Of a stretch of 64,000 nucleotides of DNA, positions 18,815 to 28,624 are shown in pieces (position 1 is the first letter of the stretch; each line of letters begins with the position of its first letter). Source of the stretch: Myxococcota bacterium (lineage in GTDB: Bacteria > Myxococcota_A > Bradymonadia > UBA4248). The stretch spans positions 10,883 through 74,882 of the forward strand of contig JAZUKH010000046.1 in the NCBI GenBank assembly GCA_045643185.1. The letters run 5' to 3'. A model generated the notes under the pieces. It searched no databases. It had not been told where the DNA came from and saw only the letters and a program-made list of their open reading frames with translations. Position numbers and translations under genes: made by a program.

Positions 18815-19405
18815 TTAGATTTCGTGTTTTTCGACGAGCGTGCGGATGATGCAGGCGGGCGTGTAGAATTCACCGGCGTTTTGGCCTTCCTGACTGGTGA
18901 ACTTAGAGAGGTAGTATTCATAGGTTCGCCCGAGCAAATCTTTGTCGTGCATCTGCGCGTTCATGTCGATATTGGTAAAGAGATTGATGACTTCGCCGAG
19001 TTTTCGTTTGTCAGAGTTCGGGGCGCGCAAAGTTCTTGGGCAGAATGCTGGCAAGTGAAGTGTTTTAGCCTTCGATGGAGGGCAAGGCCTGATCGATCGT
19101 CGTGCCGTTTGTCGCGTTGTGCGCATCGGTTGCAATGACTTTCTAGCGCGCATTTTCGGGCACAAAAAAACGTGCTCTGCTACGTATTCATCTCGATCTT
19201 CTTCAAACCCCTAACCCTCGCCTTCTTCGACGAGCTCCCGATATCGTGCTTCAAAGCGATCGCTGATGTGTTTTAGGAAGATGAGCCCGAGGATAACGGA
19301 TTTATATTCAGCTGCATCGATGTTGCCGCGAAGATTGTCCGCCGCTTTCCAGAGTTTGTCTTCAAATCCAAGTTCTGTTGTTGAGGTTTGGGTTTTCTTT
19401 GCCAT
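18815..19405 (-). pseudogene. hsdM: Decayed type I restriction-modification methylase (hsdM) remnant in two frames
   Basis: Fragment A (19211-19405) LGFEDKLWKAADNLRGNIDAAEYKSVILGLIFLKHISDRFE matches the HsdM_N domain; fragment B (18815-19165, other frame) LLGRTYEYYLSKFTSQEGQNAGEFYTP matches the start of the N6-MTase domain, then stops. Confidence 0.7.
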
Positions 19406-19672
19406 GGTTTTTGTTTTTGTAAATTGTAGGTTGTAGCCATCGAGCCCATCTTGCGTTCCGCTTCGACGGACCCGATTATTATTGTTATGGACAGTTTTAT
19501 AGAGACTCAATAGCAGCGCCTTCCAGGCGCCTTTTTCGGGGATTGTTTTACTCCGGAGGCGGTCGCTACGCGCCCACCCCCGGTTATGCAAGACATCGGC
19601 TTCCAGCCGAATATCTATGGCCATAACAATAATTGCTCATTGTAGTGTCGCCTTCGGTGTGCGCGAAGCGCA

Positions 19673-19714
19673 AATAATTGCTCATTGCTCATTGCTCATT
19701 GCTCATTGTAGTGT
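19673..19714. repeat. Heptamer tandem repeat (ATTGCTC)x4-5, with related copies at 19630-19648 and 20035-20058
   Basis: AATAATTGCTCATTGCTCATTGCTCATTGCTCATTGTAGTGT read directly. Confidence 0.8.
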
Positions 19715-19933
19715 TGTTCGGTAGCCCACGGCGAGTATCGCTGGAAGGCTGTAAAACTTGTATCGATACGTTTTCCCGTCATCGGCAGTTTGTGCAAAAA
19801 ATGCATAAACTGAATTTTCGTCGAGTTCGTGCTCGGAAAAGATGTTTTTAAGGTGCTTTGCGGCAACAGTTCGATCGATCCCAAACAACTGCCCAATCCC
19901 TTTTGGCGTGAGCCAAACCTGATGATCCTGCAC
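19703..19933 (-). pseudogene. N-terminal fragment of a RhuM-family (virulence/Fic-associated) protein
   Basis: GKTYRYKFYSLPAILAVGYR resembles the conserved RhuM N-terminal motif; only 76 aa remain where full-length proteins are ~300 aa. Confidence 0.5.
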
Positions 19934-20343
19934 ACGGACTTCGATGCCGTTTTCATCGTGTTCTCGCGTAAATTTCAGAAAGTCGGCGACCTGATTTCGG
20001 ATGTATGGAAGAAGCCATGTTTATCTCCCGCTAATCATTGCTCATTGCTAATTCGACTTTTGCAAGCCGACTATTGTTATTATAGCACATAATACGCGTC
20101 ATTTTCTGTCGCAATTCTTTAGCAGGATCGCCTTGAGCCGCAAAAATTTGCGGCTCTACGGCTCGCTGGCGGCGCTATTGCCTGCGTCGCTACGCTTGCC
20201 GATACGCCCTTTGTCGCCGGCAATCAGCTTCGCGAAGCTCGCGGATACGAACGCAGCCTCTGTCTTTACGCTAGATCGCCGCCCAGTCTGTGCGCATGCA
20301 GTCGTACAATCTGAATTAAAATCGACCTGAATAAACATCGTGA

Positions 20344-20817
20344 TCATCTTATAAAGAACTTATAATAGTCGCTTTCCTGTGGATATTTCCATGGGTCTGT
20401 TCGATGATTGTAGTACAAATTGCATTCTCTCCCTATAGATATTTTTGTGTTGGTAACATTAGATGTGTTCCATTTGTTCAGAGGTCTGTTAAATGCTGCT
20501 GCACCACTAAACATCTTCTGCATGTTTGTAACATTGGAAACGTCCCAATTGTTAATATCTGAGTTCATTTTTAAAGCGTCACTGAACATTTCGGACATAT
20601 CCATGACGGCAGACAAATCAGGAACGTCCTTTGCTTTAATTACTGCATTTTTAGTTTGAGCCATAAAATAATGCATGCTTCTCCATACGTTTGTTCCCCA
20701 CTGGTCTACACTGAGAAGGGAACAATCATCGTCGTCGAATAGGCGCATCGAAGGTATGGTTCCAAGCAATACAAGCCGAACAAGTCGCGCAGTCTTGCAT
20801 GTCGAAGGCACGAACAA
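20344..20817 (-). pseudogene. Fragment of a surface protein with 26-residue repeats (BspA/Listeria-lipoprotein type)
   Basis: FSDALKMNSDINNWDVSNVTNMQKMFSGAAAFNRPLNKWNTSNVTN matches the F..A..FN..I..WDVSNVT.M..MF repeat; short, AT-rich. Confidence 0.5.
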
Positions 20818-20949
20818 ATCGCGTCCGCTCGCCCAATCTCAGCCTGCTTGCCTTCGGCTTGGCTACGGCTGAGATTTTGAGTTTCTGACCAGCCAAAGCT
20901 TCCAGGCTGAGTTGTCACAAGTTGTGGGGCGCGGCGAGCAGTGCCATCT

Positions 20950-21303
20950 TTACACTTCGTGTTTTTCGACGATATAATCTTCAATATTGCGTTTTTCGTG
21001 CGAGAAATTTACGCCCACCAGATACGTCGTTTTGTGTCCCAGGGTGAATGGAAGGACATAATCGTTATCTTTGATCTGATCGAGTGCAAGTTGGGCTGTT
21101 TTGTTGTATTTGAATTCAAAAATATATAAATAATTGCCAGTTTCCATGAGCAGATCGATGCGGCCATCAGCGATTTTATATTCTGCATGGACATAATATC
21201 CGGTCAGTGTTGCCAATAAATAGATAAAATTCTGGAAATGTAGTTCGCGATCGTAGCTGATATCGTATGGTGCACCAGCCAGAAGCACGGTGATGCGTTT
21301 CAT
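20950..21303 (-). CDS. PD-(D/E)XK nuclease-like C-terminal module, split from the upstream AAA-ATPase-like gene
   Basis: Aligns with the C-terminus of the intact paralog at 40484-42067 (IADGRIDLLMETGNYLYIFEFKYNK vs GYADIAFIPY...IVELKRN). Confidence 0.5.
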   Translation of the reverse strand: MKRITVLLAGAPYDISYDRELHFQNFIYLLATLTGYYVHAEYKIADGRIDLLMETGNYLYIFEFKYNKTAQLALDQIKDNDYVLPFTLGHKTTYLVGVNFSHEKRNIEDYIVEKHEV

Positions 21304-21325
21304 AAACGCGTCAATATTACCGGAT

Positions 21326-22480
21326 TCAAGTTCCTTGGAGTGTGCTTTTACAATAGAATGGTACCAGATAATCTATAAATCCTTCTTCAACTTCGCGATT
21401 GGGAAATTTTAATGTATATTCATCAAAATCCGGATCGTAATCTGATATGGTTAAATAACCAGTCTGATAAAGGATCGGAACGGGATCCTCGCTGTCGAAA
21501 TCGATATTTTCCAAATTACTTCCTTTGGTCGTAATTCCGTTAATTTCGTCGAATTGCCAGTGATTTTTATGAATCATTTTTGCCAGAATATCTGGTGTAC
21601 CTGTCGCAAACCAGAATTTGCCAAAGCGAAGACTGTTAAAGGCACTGAGCAGGCTGAATGGATTATACATGCCCGGTCCCTCGGCAGTGAAATGATAGCC
21701 ATCATAGAGTTCTTTTAGCTTCGATTTGGTCTTTTCAATCGAGATTTTCTGCTTTTGAGCGAGCGCTTCGATGTCATCTTCAAATTGCGTTAAAACTTCG
21801 TTTTCAGAAATGCCGCAAATTGCAGAAAACTGTTCATCCAGAGAAATGTCTTGCAGGTTGTTGAGTTCACTGAAAACACTGAGTTTTCCCATTTTGCTCA
21901 CACCGGTGATGAACACAAATCGGATATGTGCGTCTTCGCTTTTCAGGTTGCCGTACAGCCCTCGCAAGGTCGTTCTGTGTTTTTCACGAAGCTCGGGATA
22001 GTCCATGGATTCGACGATCGGTTTTTCGTATTCATCGATCAGGATGACGACTTTTTGGCCGGTCTTTTGGTGTATCGTTTGAATCAGGCGCTGAAAGCGG
22101 ACGTTGAGTTCCAAATCAGCAGGTTCAAGGCCATATTGTTTTTCCCATTCATGAAACTGATAATTCAGTTTGGATCTAAGTTCGCCCTCTTCCGCATAAT
22201 TCGCGCCGTTAAAATCGATCCGCAAAACTGGATATTTGATCCAGTCGTGTTCGATCTGTGCCATGGCGAGCTGGTTGAACAGTTCTTTTTTTCCCTCGAA
22301 ATAGGCTTGTAGCGTGGACAGAAGCAGGCTTTTTCCGAATCGACGCGGGCGTGCAAGGAAATAGTAGCCTTTGTCCTTTGCGATTTCGTAAACCAAGTCC
22401 GTTTTATCGACGTAATAGAAACCGTCTTCACGAATATTTTCAAATGTTTGAATGCCGATCGGGTATTTTTTCTTAGCCAT
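21326..22480 (-). CDS. Predicted AAA-ATPase-like (PF09820-type) protein, truncated or split before its nuclease module; start at MAKKKYPIGIQ
   Basis: YPIGIQTFENIREDGFYYVDKT...FLARPRRFGKSLLLSTL family signature; the upstream extension in the ORF track is read-through of a repeat element. Confidence 0.6.
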   Translation of the reverse strand: MAKKKYPIGIQTFENIREDGFYYVDKTDLVYEIAKDKGYYFLARPRRFGKSLLLSTLQAYFEGKKELFNQLAMAQIEHDWIKYPVLRIDFNGANYAEEGELRSKLNYQFHEWEKQYGLEPADLELNVRFQRLIQTIHQKTGQKVVILIDEYEKPIVESMDYPELREKHRTTLRGLYGNLKSEDAHIRFVFITGVSKMGKLSVFSELNNLQDISLDEQFSAICGISENEVLTQFEDDIEALAQKQKISIEKTKSKLKELYDGYHFTAEGPGMYNPFSLLSAFNSLRFGKFWFATGTPDILAKMIHKNHWQFDEINGITTKGSNLENIDFDSEDPVPILYQTGYLTISDYDPDFDEYTLKFPNREVEEGFIDYLVPFYCKSTLQGT

Positions 22481-22656
22481 AGTCAACCTCACAGGTGTGC
22501 ACGCGCTACCAATCCGTATTATAGCATACATTTTGTTGGTATTAGTACGTGGAGACGTGAGTCTCGAAGTTGAGACGTGCAGGTCATTTTGACCAAGCCA
22601 AGCCGCTAGGTTGAGGTGCACTACTGACTGGTGTGGGCAGCGTGCCATGGGGTTAT

Positions 22657-22752
22657 GGGCCCTGCCAGGTGAAGGGGTAGCGGCGTATTTTTTCCATGAT
22701 GCCACGCAGCATCATGGGAAAAATAGCCGCGTAGGGGAAGGCCTTCCCCTTC
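22657..22752. repeat. REP/MITE-like intergenic repeat, copy 3
   Basis: GCCAGGTGAAGGGGTAGCGGCGTAT-[palindrome TTTTTTCCATGATGC..GCATCATGGGAAAAA]-TAGCCGCGTAGGGGAAGGCCTTCCCCTTC. Confidence 0.85.
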
Positions 22753-22755
22753 ACA

Positions 22756-24651
22756 TTAATCAAAATCGATGATGTTGCGTGCTTTGAGGTTGCAGAGGAT
22801 CTGAGCGGTTTCGGTCTGCGACCATGCGGAGAGTGAGAGGACGTCGTTGATGGAGACGACGCCGTCGATGAGTGAGAGGATGAAGCCGGCGTGTGCGTCG
22901 ATATCGGTTCGGCGCGAGAGTTCAGCCATATTGATGCAGATGCGTGGTGTACGTGAGAGCGGATGAAGTTTTGAGAGTTCATCGGTCTCGAGTGTGCTTT
23001 TTCGTCCGCGTTGTTCGTCTTGAACGGGTGGTTTGGTTTGATCGGGATTGTAAGCCGCCTGTGGCGCGATCGGGTGAAGACCGACGGAGGTGGGACGGCA
23101 GTTTGCGTCACGGACTGCCTGCAGTTTGTTCATTGTGGGACGATAGTTGTCTTCGGAAGCTGGGAGAGGATTGACTTCTCCGGGACGTCGCAGGACAGCG
23201 GAATCGCGACGCGGTCGTGCGCCGATGCCATCGAGTGAAAGATTGGGCGGACGTTTTGTGTCGAGTTGTGAGTCGCGATTGAGTTTACCGAGGTTGCTCG
23301 CGGTGCGATTATTGATGTTGCTCGAGGATGGGTTGTTGATGCTGCTCGAATAGTTACTAAGGTTGCTCGAGGAGCGGTTATTATTGAAGCTGCTGGAACC
23401 GGCGAGTCGATTTTGAGGCCCGGTCTGTCTCAAGCTTTGGCTTGTGGTCGCGGGGGATGGTTCACGGGGGGCGCCTGAGGGGCCGAGCGGATGCTGATTT
23501 GGATTGAATTCGATGCTGCTGGAGGGGCGACGAATGCGTCCCGTGGGCGTTTTTGTCATGCTCGTGGGGTTTGGCGTGACGGTGTTTTCGAGCGAGTTGA
23601 CATTGGTGCCGGGAATGTGCGTCGAGCCGTTAAAGACGTTGGCTTTTCCGGGGGCGGGCGTAGAGATATCGCCTGACGCGTTATCGGCCGTGAGGGGCGC
23701 GAGTTTGAAGTTGGGTGTGGGCTGCTGAGGTGCGTTCATTTTTCCGAACGGACCAGGCGTCATGGGTTGATCATCGATCGAGTTGATCGGCACGGCCGGT
23801 CGGAAGAGCGGCGTATTGGTATCACGGTGCAGATCGTTGATCTGATGTCTGTTCTGATTTGGTTTGAAGGGATTCTCTGCGACCTGGCGGATATCTTCGG
23901 TGTTTGAATCTCGCCGTGGGCGAGCCCAGTCTTCGGGGATACAATCGTGGACGTCCGAGGGGGAACGGGTAGTATCATGGTTATCGGGACGATTGTCAGA
24001 GAGGTTGACCCACAATTGCTGTCCCCCGGAGGCGAATCGTGTTTCCGCTTCTTTTGCACCGTTGATGTTGAGTGGATCGACGGGGGAAGCCGTGGTTTCA
24101 TTGAGAGCGCGATTGAGCTGCAGGAGTCCTGGATGAGAATTTGCGGGTTTGAATGGGTATGAATTATCCGTATTGCTTTCTGGATCTTCGACATCGATAT
24201 CGACATCGACTTGTGGCTGCGAGGTGAAATCGGGGTGTACGGTTGAATGATCCGGTGGGGTACTGAAGCAGAGGTGTGGTTTTCCACTTTGTGCGGCGCC
24301 AAAATGGCTATCGAAAGAAGCGTCGAGCGCATTCATGAAGTCGTCATCGCCGAAAGGCAGTCGTGAGTCGAGCGTGCGTTCGCTGGCGGCGAAGTCGCTG
24401 AAGCTTGAATCGATTTGACTGGACGAACTGAGGGTTGCCGCAGCGGCGAGGAGGTTGTCGTAGTAAGCGTACATAGACAACGGCGCATCGTCAAACAGTC
24501 GAAGTGTGAGATCGAGCAATTCTGTGATGTCGGCGCGTTTTTGGCGAAGTCTATCCGCTTCGTCGCGTGCGCGTTGGGAGTCACCACTGTAGTAAATTTC
24601 AACGATATTTTTGATGCAATCCGGAATATCCCGGAGCGTATTAATCGCCAT
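22756..24651 (-). CDS. Large low-complexity (Ser/Pro/Asn-rich) hypothetical protein with structured N- and C-terminal ends
   Basis: 631-aa ORF; its polarity is consistent with the adjacent repeat and the intergenic region; central region looks disordered. Confidence 0.45.
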   Translation of the reverse strand: MAINTLRDIPDCIKNIVEIYYSGDSQRARDEADRLRQKRADITELLDLTLRLFDDAPLSMYAYYDNLLAAAATLSSSSQIDSSFSDFAASERTLDSRLPFGDDDFMNALDASFDSHFGAAQSGKPHLCFSTPPDHSTVHPDFTSQPQVDVDIDVEDPESNTDNSYPFKPANSHPGLLQLNRALNETTASPVDPLNINGAKEAETRFASGGQQLWVNLSDNRPDNHDTTRSPSDVHDCIPEDWARPRRDSNTEDIRQVAENPFKPNQNRHQINDLHRDTNTPLFRPAVPINSIDDQPMTPGPFGKMNAPQQPTPNFKLAPLTADNASGDISTPAPGKANVFNGSTHIPGTNVNSLENTVTPNPTSMTKTPTGRIRRPSSSIEFNPNQHPLGPSGAPREPSPATTSQSLRQTGPQNRLAGSSSFNNNRSSSNLSNYSSSINNPSSSNINNRTASNLGKLNRDSQLDTKRPPNLSLDGIGARPRRDSAVLRRPGEVNPLPASEDNYRPTMNKLQAVRDANCRPTSVGLHPIAPQAAYNPDQTKPPVQDEQRGRKSTLETDELSKLHPLSRTPRICINMAELSRRTDIDAHAGFILSLIDGVVSINDVLSLSAWSQTETAQILCNLKARNIIDFD

Positions 24652-25064
24652 TTTGAAGTTACTCCTCTCAGGCTTAAGACAGGAAATCTTCGTTATTATA
24701 GCAGAAATTTTACCGGATGAGAAAGGATAGTTTTATTGAGTGGGTGGCATCATTAGATATAGCGAATATGGATCATGGGAAAAAATTTGGTGTGATGACG
24801 GCAAAAATCTGATAAGATACGAAGAAGTTTGTTCGGTGGGCGAAGTGGGTCCACTGGAATACGTTTTGACGTGGAAATGTTTGTTGAAGCGTGAACCACG
24901 GGCGAGTCGAGAATGTGATTCGTCTGTCCACAGCATGTATTTATGTGGTGTGGAGAAGGTTTGTTGCCGATCGGAACATTACTTCATCATTTCAGGATAG
25001 AAGTTACGGAATCAGGTATGGAGGCGAGTCCTTTTACCGGTTTTCTTTTGAGGAGTTCACTTTT

Positions 25065-25289
25065 ATGGCAGAAAGAATAGTCTGGCAGTATTTTGTTTTG
25101 CGCCGTCACATTGATGAAATGGGCAAAGTCGATTTCTTTAGAGGCGACACAAAAGATGCCTGCTGCGCGTCGAACGCGGATGAATCGGAAGTGCTTGGCA
25201 TTTTTGGTCAGCACGGTTACGAGCTTTGTAGCGTTCAGCAGCTCCGTACAGGCGATATCAAATATTACTTCAAACGTCCTGCAAACTAA
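25065..25289 (+). CDS. Small hypothetical protein (74 aa) immediately upstream of rpoZ
   Basis: RBS GAGGAG 8 nt upstream of the ATG; stop 15 nt before the rpoZ start. Confidence 0.3.
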   Translation: MAERIVWQYFVLRRHIDEMGKVDFFRGDTKDACCASNADESEVLGIFGQHGYELCSVQQLRTGDIKYYFKRPAN

Positions 25290-25303
25290 TTTAAGGAGTT
25301 ACA

Positions 25304-25555
25304 ATGGCTCGTGTTACAGTCGAGGATTGCCTCGAGAAGATTCCTAACCGTTTTGCGGTGGCTCTGCTTGCCAGCAAACGCGCTCGTGCGTTGCTGAACG
25401 GCGCCGAAGTGACGGTTCAGTCTGATAATAAACCCTGCGTTACCGCCCTTCGTGAAATTGCGGAAGGCACCGTTCATTGGGATTTGCCGGTGGAAGATAT
25501 CCTTCACGGAAATATTCCCAAAGAGAAAAAACGTCGAGGTAATCGCAGCAAGTAA
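25304..25555 (+). CDS. rpoZ: DNA-directed RNA polymerase subunit omega
   Basis: [30 protein letters not shown] is the canonical RpoZ N-terminus; RBS AAGGAG. Confidence 0.85.
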   Translation: MARVTVEDCLEKIPNRFAVALLASKRARALLNGAEVTVQSDNKPCVTALREIAEGTVHWDLPVEDILHGNIPKEKKRRGNRSK

Positions 25556-25650
25556 ACGCTGTTAGAACTTGTGAAAGCGCTTTTCTGCTGTCAGAGAAGC
25601 GCTTTCATCGTCTATAAAGTCTCTCAAAGCACACCATTCAAGGAGGAAGA

Positions 25651-27612
25651 ATGCGCCGCCTGCATGATTTGAAACCCACCCTTCGATGTCTGAAATCGTT
25701 TGGATGTGCGGCCCTACTTTCGATCGCTGCCCTCGAGGCGGTCGCTGCTCCTCAATTGGCTGAGGCCCAGGAACCCGACGAGAATGCCCGCGTCATGTGG
25801 AACATTCGCTACGCCGATGGCCTCGATAAAGCCACGCGTGACGAGGTTCAAAATACGCTTTTAAGCACGCTCGCCCGCGGTCGTGAGCGCCACTTCGCGA
25901 CTCAGCCGATCATTACACAGAAATTGAAATCCGAAGGTCTGCAGATCCCGTCCTGCTTCGAAGATGGCGGCCCCTGCGCTTCCGGTCCGTCCTTTTTGCT
26001 CGACGTTCATCAGGTCGATATCTACGTCGATGCGCTTTTTAACAAGGTCGGTGACGAATGGCAGATCGAACTCAAACTCTTTAAACGCTTTGCCTCTTCG
26101 TCGAATACCATCACACAGACAGGCAAAAACCTCGCGAATCTGCTCAACACGATTATTGGATCGCTCTTCGTTCTCGAATCGAGCATCGATATTACCAGCG
26201 AGATCCCTGATGTCGAAGTCTGGTTGAACCAGAAACTCATCGGCACGACGCCGCTTTCGATGAAGATCACCGAAGGCCCGCAAAAGCTCGTCTTCAAGAA
26301 AGACGGTTATTTTTCCGGTGACTGGTCTTTTACCGCTCAAAAGGGCGCCATTCATTCGCACTATGTTGAACTCAGCCCCGAAACGACCCAGTTCACCGTC
26401 GTAACGACCGACGAAGAGGCTGAGATCCTCGTCGATGGCGCGGAGTGGGGACATTCTGGTGATACCCACGAGATCTTGCCCGGTAATCACAACATCTCCA
26501 TTAAGAGTGCTGCGTATCATCCGTACGAACAGGATCTGACAATCTACGCGGGCGGTCCGCAGACCATGCAGGTCTCGTTGCTGCCAAACTCGCGTGATAT
26601 CGAGGATATCCGCGCTGACGGCATTAAACGCTATCGTTTTTCGGCGACGGGCGGCTACCACTTCGGTATTCAGAAATTCGGCATGGGGTCGAACAACACG
26701 ATCCGCATTAAAAAGACCCATCCGACGCCGGCTGACATCGAAAGCGGCAACTACGGTTACAAGCACGTCAGTGCCGGCAGTAAAAACCAGGGCGATGCCT
26801 ACGCGAAGTTTGCGGACACGTCGTTCCACGGCATGTCGTTCGCGTTCAACTACGAAAACGAGTTTTGGGGCATCACGCTCGCGCGTCTCGACCTTTTGGG
26901 GTCCGCCTATGACGGGTTGTTTGGTCTTTACGAAAACCAGGGTGGCCAGCTTGGCAACACGGGGATCGGTATGAAGGGCGATGGCGGCACGTTGATCGGT
27001 TTCTATCCCGCCCAGCTCAAGGCGCATTACAACTTCTGGGTCATGCAGGTCGAATTGCAGGCCGGTGTCGGTGTGTCTTGGACGAAGCTCAAAGGCGTTC
27101 AGACGAATGCGATCGATATGACGGGCACGACAGATTACGAGGATCTGAAAGTCGCGTTCTCGCGTACCCAGTTTTCGGCGAACTTCGATCTTGGACTCAA
27201 ATATTTCTTTACGGAAGAAACGTTTGCGATGTTGAGTTACGGTCTTCAGATCGACTCGGATGGTCGTGATGACACGACTTTGCGTCACGGTATGACGATT
27301 GCGTTTGGTATTCAGATCCCCATGGCGATGCGTGACAAGAAGCTGCAGGCGACGCTCGACGAGACGGCCGCCGAGACGGCGCAAACGATCGCCGATGCGC
27401 AAAACGCGTCAGGCAATGGCGATGCAGCCAATGCAGAGGCGTCTGAACTCGTTGCGCCGATCGTGGACGATGTCGACGACGTTGAAATCGATGCACCCGA
27501 CACGTTGACGGAGGTCGACGAGAATGTCGCGGCCGCCATCGTCGATGACGTGGATGAAGAAGATGAAGCGTGGCTTAACAGCGACGCAGCTCAGGAGGCC
27601 GACCATGACTAA
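25651..27612 (+). CDS. Secreted hypothetical protein with PEGA-like beta domains and an acidic C-terminal tail
   Basis: Signal peptide (CAALLSIAALEAVAA); RBS AAGGAGGAAGA; very acidic DDVDD-rich C-terminus. Confidence 0.55.
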   Translation: MRRLHDLKPTLRCLKSFGCAALLSIAALEAVAAPQLAEAQEPDENARVMWNIRYADGLDKATRDEVQNTLLSTLARGRERHFATQPIITQKLKSEGLQIPSCFEDGGPCASGPSFLLDVHQVDIYVDALFNKVGDEWQIELKLFKRFASSSNTITQTGKNLANLLNTIIGSLFVLESSIDITSEIPDVEVWLNQKLIGTTPLSMKITEGPQKLVFKKDGYFSGDWSFTAQKGAIHSHYVELSPETTQFTVVTTDEEAEILVDGAEWGHSGDTHEILPGNHNISIKSAAYHPYEQDLTIYAGGPQTMQVSLLPNSRDIEDIRADGIKRYRFSATGGYHFGIQKFGMGSNNTIRIKKTHPTPADIESGNYGYKHVSAGSKNQGDAYAKFADTSFHGMSFAFNYENEFWGITLARLDLLGSAYDGLFGLYENQGGQLGNTGIGMKGDGGTLIGFYPAQLKAHYNFWVMQVELQAGVGVSWTKLKGVQTNAIDMTGTTDYEDLKVAFSRTQFSANFDLGLKYFFTEETFAMLSYGLQIDSDGRDDTTLRHGMTIAFGIQIPMAMRDKKLQATLDETAAETAQTIADAQNASGNGDAANAEASELVAPIVDDVDDVEIDAPDTLTEVDENVAAAIVDDVDEEDEAWLNSDAAQEADHD

Positions 27613-28624
27613 TTGCTCACTCCGTAACCTTCTGCGCCACGCGATGTGTGCGCTTTGCCTTGGCCTGGGCGCTTTGACGCTCGTGCCTGCCAGTGATGCC
27701 TGCGCGCAGGAAACTTCGCAGGATTTCATCACCAAGGGCAATGGCCTCTACAATACGAAAAAGTATGACGAGGCGGTTCTTTCTTATGTCAAAGCGATCC
27801 AAATCGACCCCAAAACGGCACTGAAAGCGTATCTAAACTGCGCTCGCGCTTACTCGATGCTCAAAGATTACGTCAATTCTAAGCGTTTTTACGATTACTA
27901 CTTTGAAGTTTCGGGCATCAACAACGACAAGAAGATCAATGCCGAATACAAAGCGGTCGTGCGCAAGATCAAGAAGGACGAATCCTACGTTCGTCCGGAA
28001 GCGCAGGCGCGTGTCCTCGTTCAGCTTCAGTCGACGATGATGTCGGGGCCTTACGTGAATCGTCAGGGTGGCGGCGCGTTTGCTTACTACGACATTTTGC
28101 TCAGAACCGGTTTTGCTGAACCGATGCTGGATTCGCTTCAGAATGACCTGATCAAGGGACTTTTGATCGAGGTCGAAAACGAGATCCGTCCAGTGGAAGG
28201 TCAGCCGTTGCCGAACCTCGACCGCGTTGGTTGGGAATACGTTCGCAACAAATTGGCGCGCGCCACGTTGTTTCCCAGCGTCGTGCCCGATCTGGAACGC
28301 GTTGCACGCCTCGAAAACACAGCCCTCGGCTGGGAAGCCTATTTGCGCAGCGAATACAGCGTTGCCGCTCAGTATTTCGACAAAGCGTGTGATGAACAAC
28401 ACCCGTTGCCTGCAGCTTTCTGGGGGCGCATGATGGCTGCTTTTCACACCGATTCCGATGACGCCATTCTCAAACGCATCGAGCTGACCGACAAGGTCTA
28501 TCAGGATGCCGCACTCGGTAAATTTGACGCATACTTCGCACTGCTTCGCGCCCAGGTCTATCGTAGCCAGGGTAAGTATGACGATGCGATCAAAGAACTG
28601 ACAAAAATGGGAGATGCGCTCTAA
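27605..28624 (+). CDS. Secreted TPR-repeat protein
   Basis: Signal peptide LCLGLGALTLVPASDACAQ; TPR-like YDEAVLSYVKAIQIDP repeats; 8-nt overlap with the upstream gene. Confidence 0.55.
   Translation: MTNCSLRNLLRHAMCALCLGLGALTLVPASDACAQETSQDFITKGNGLYNTKKYDEAVLSYVKAIQIDPKTALKAYLNCARAYSMLKDYVNSKRFYDYYFEVSGINNDKKINAEYKAVVRKIKKDESYVRPEAQARVLVQLQSTMMSGPYVNRQGGGAFAYYDILLRTGFAEPMLDSLQNDLIKGLLIEVENEIRPVEGQPLPNLDRVGWEYVRNKLARATLFPSVVPDLERVARLENTALGWEAYLRSEYSVAAQYFDKACDEQHPLPAAFWGRMMAAFHTDSDDAILKRIELTDKVYQDAALGKFDAYFALLRAQVYRSQGKYDDAIKELTKMGDAL

Noticed and set aside
18724-18921. 65-aa minus ORF downstream of the hsdM remnant
   Set aside because: No similarity to the continuation of HsdM and in a different frame; probably non-coding debris.
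20133-20347. GC-rich patch with small ORFs on both strands (20133-20330 +, 20156-20347 -) inside the AT-rich decayed region
   Set aside because: No recognisable motif in either frame. It may be a remnant of a GC-rich gene, but the evidence is insufficient to call it.
24740-25000. 86-aa plus ORF (MGGIIRYSEYGSWEKIW...) between the disordered-protein gene and rpoZ
   Set aside because: No RBS and no conserved features; it overlaps the probable promoter region of the minus-strand gene. Only the RBS-preceded 74-aa ORF at 25065 was kept, at low confidence.
25861-27402. 513-aa minus-strand ORF inside the 25651-27612 secreted-protein gene; likewise 27833-29188, 30096-30971, 35568-36938, 8558-9601, 10599-11069, 60212-61297 and 62024-62833
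   Set aside because: All are long antisense ORFs typical of GC-rich coding DNA, with Arg/Leu/His-rich, motif-free products. The sense-strand genes have signal peptides or conserved catalytic motifs.
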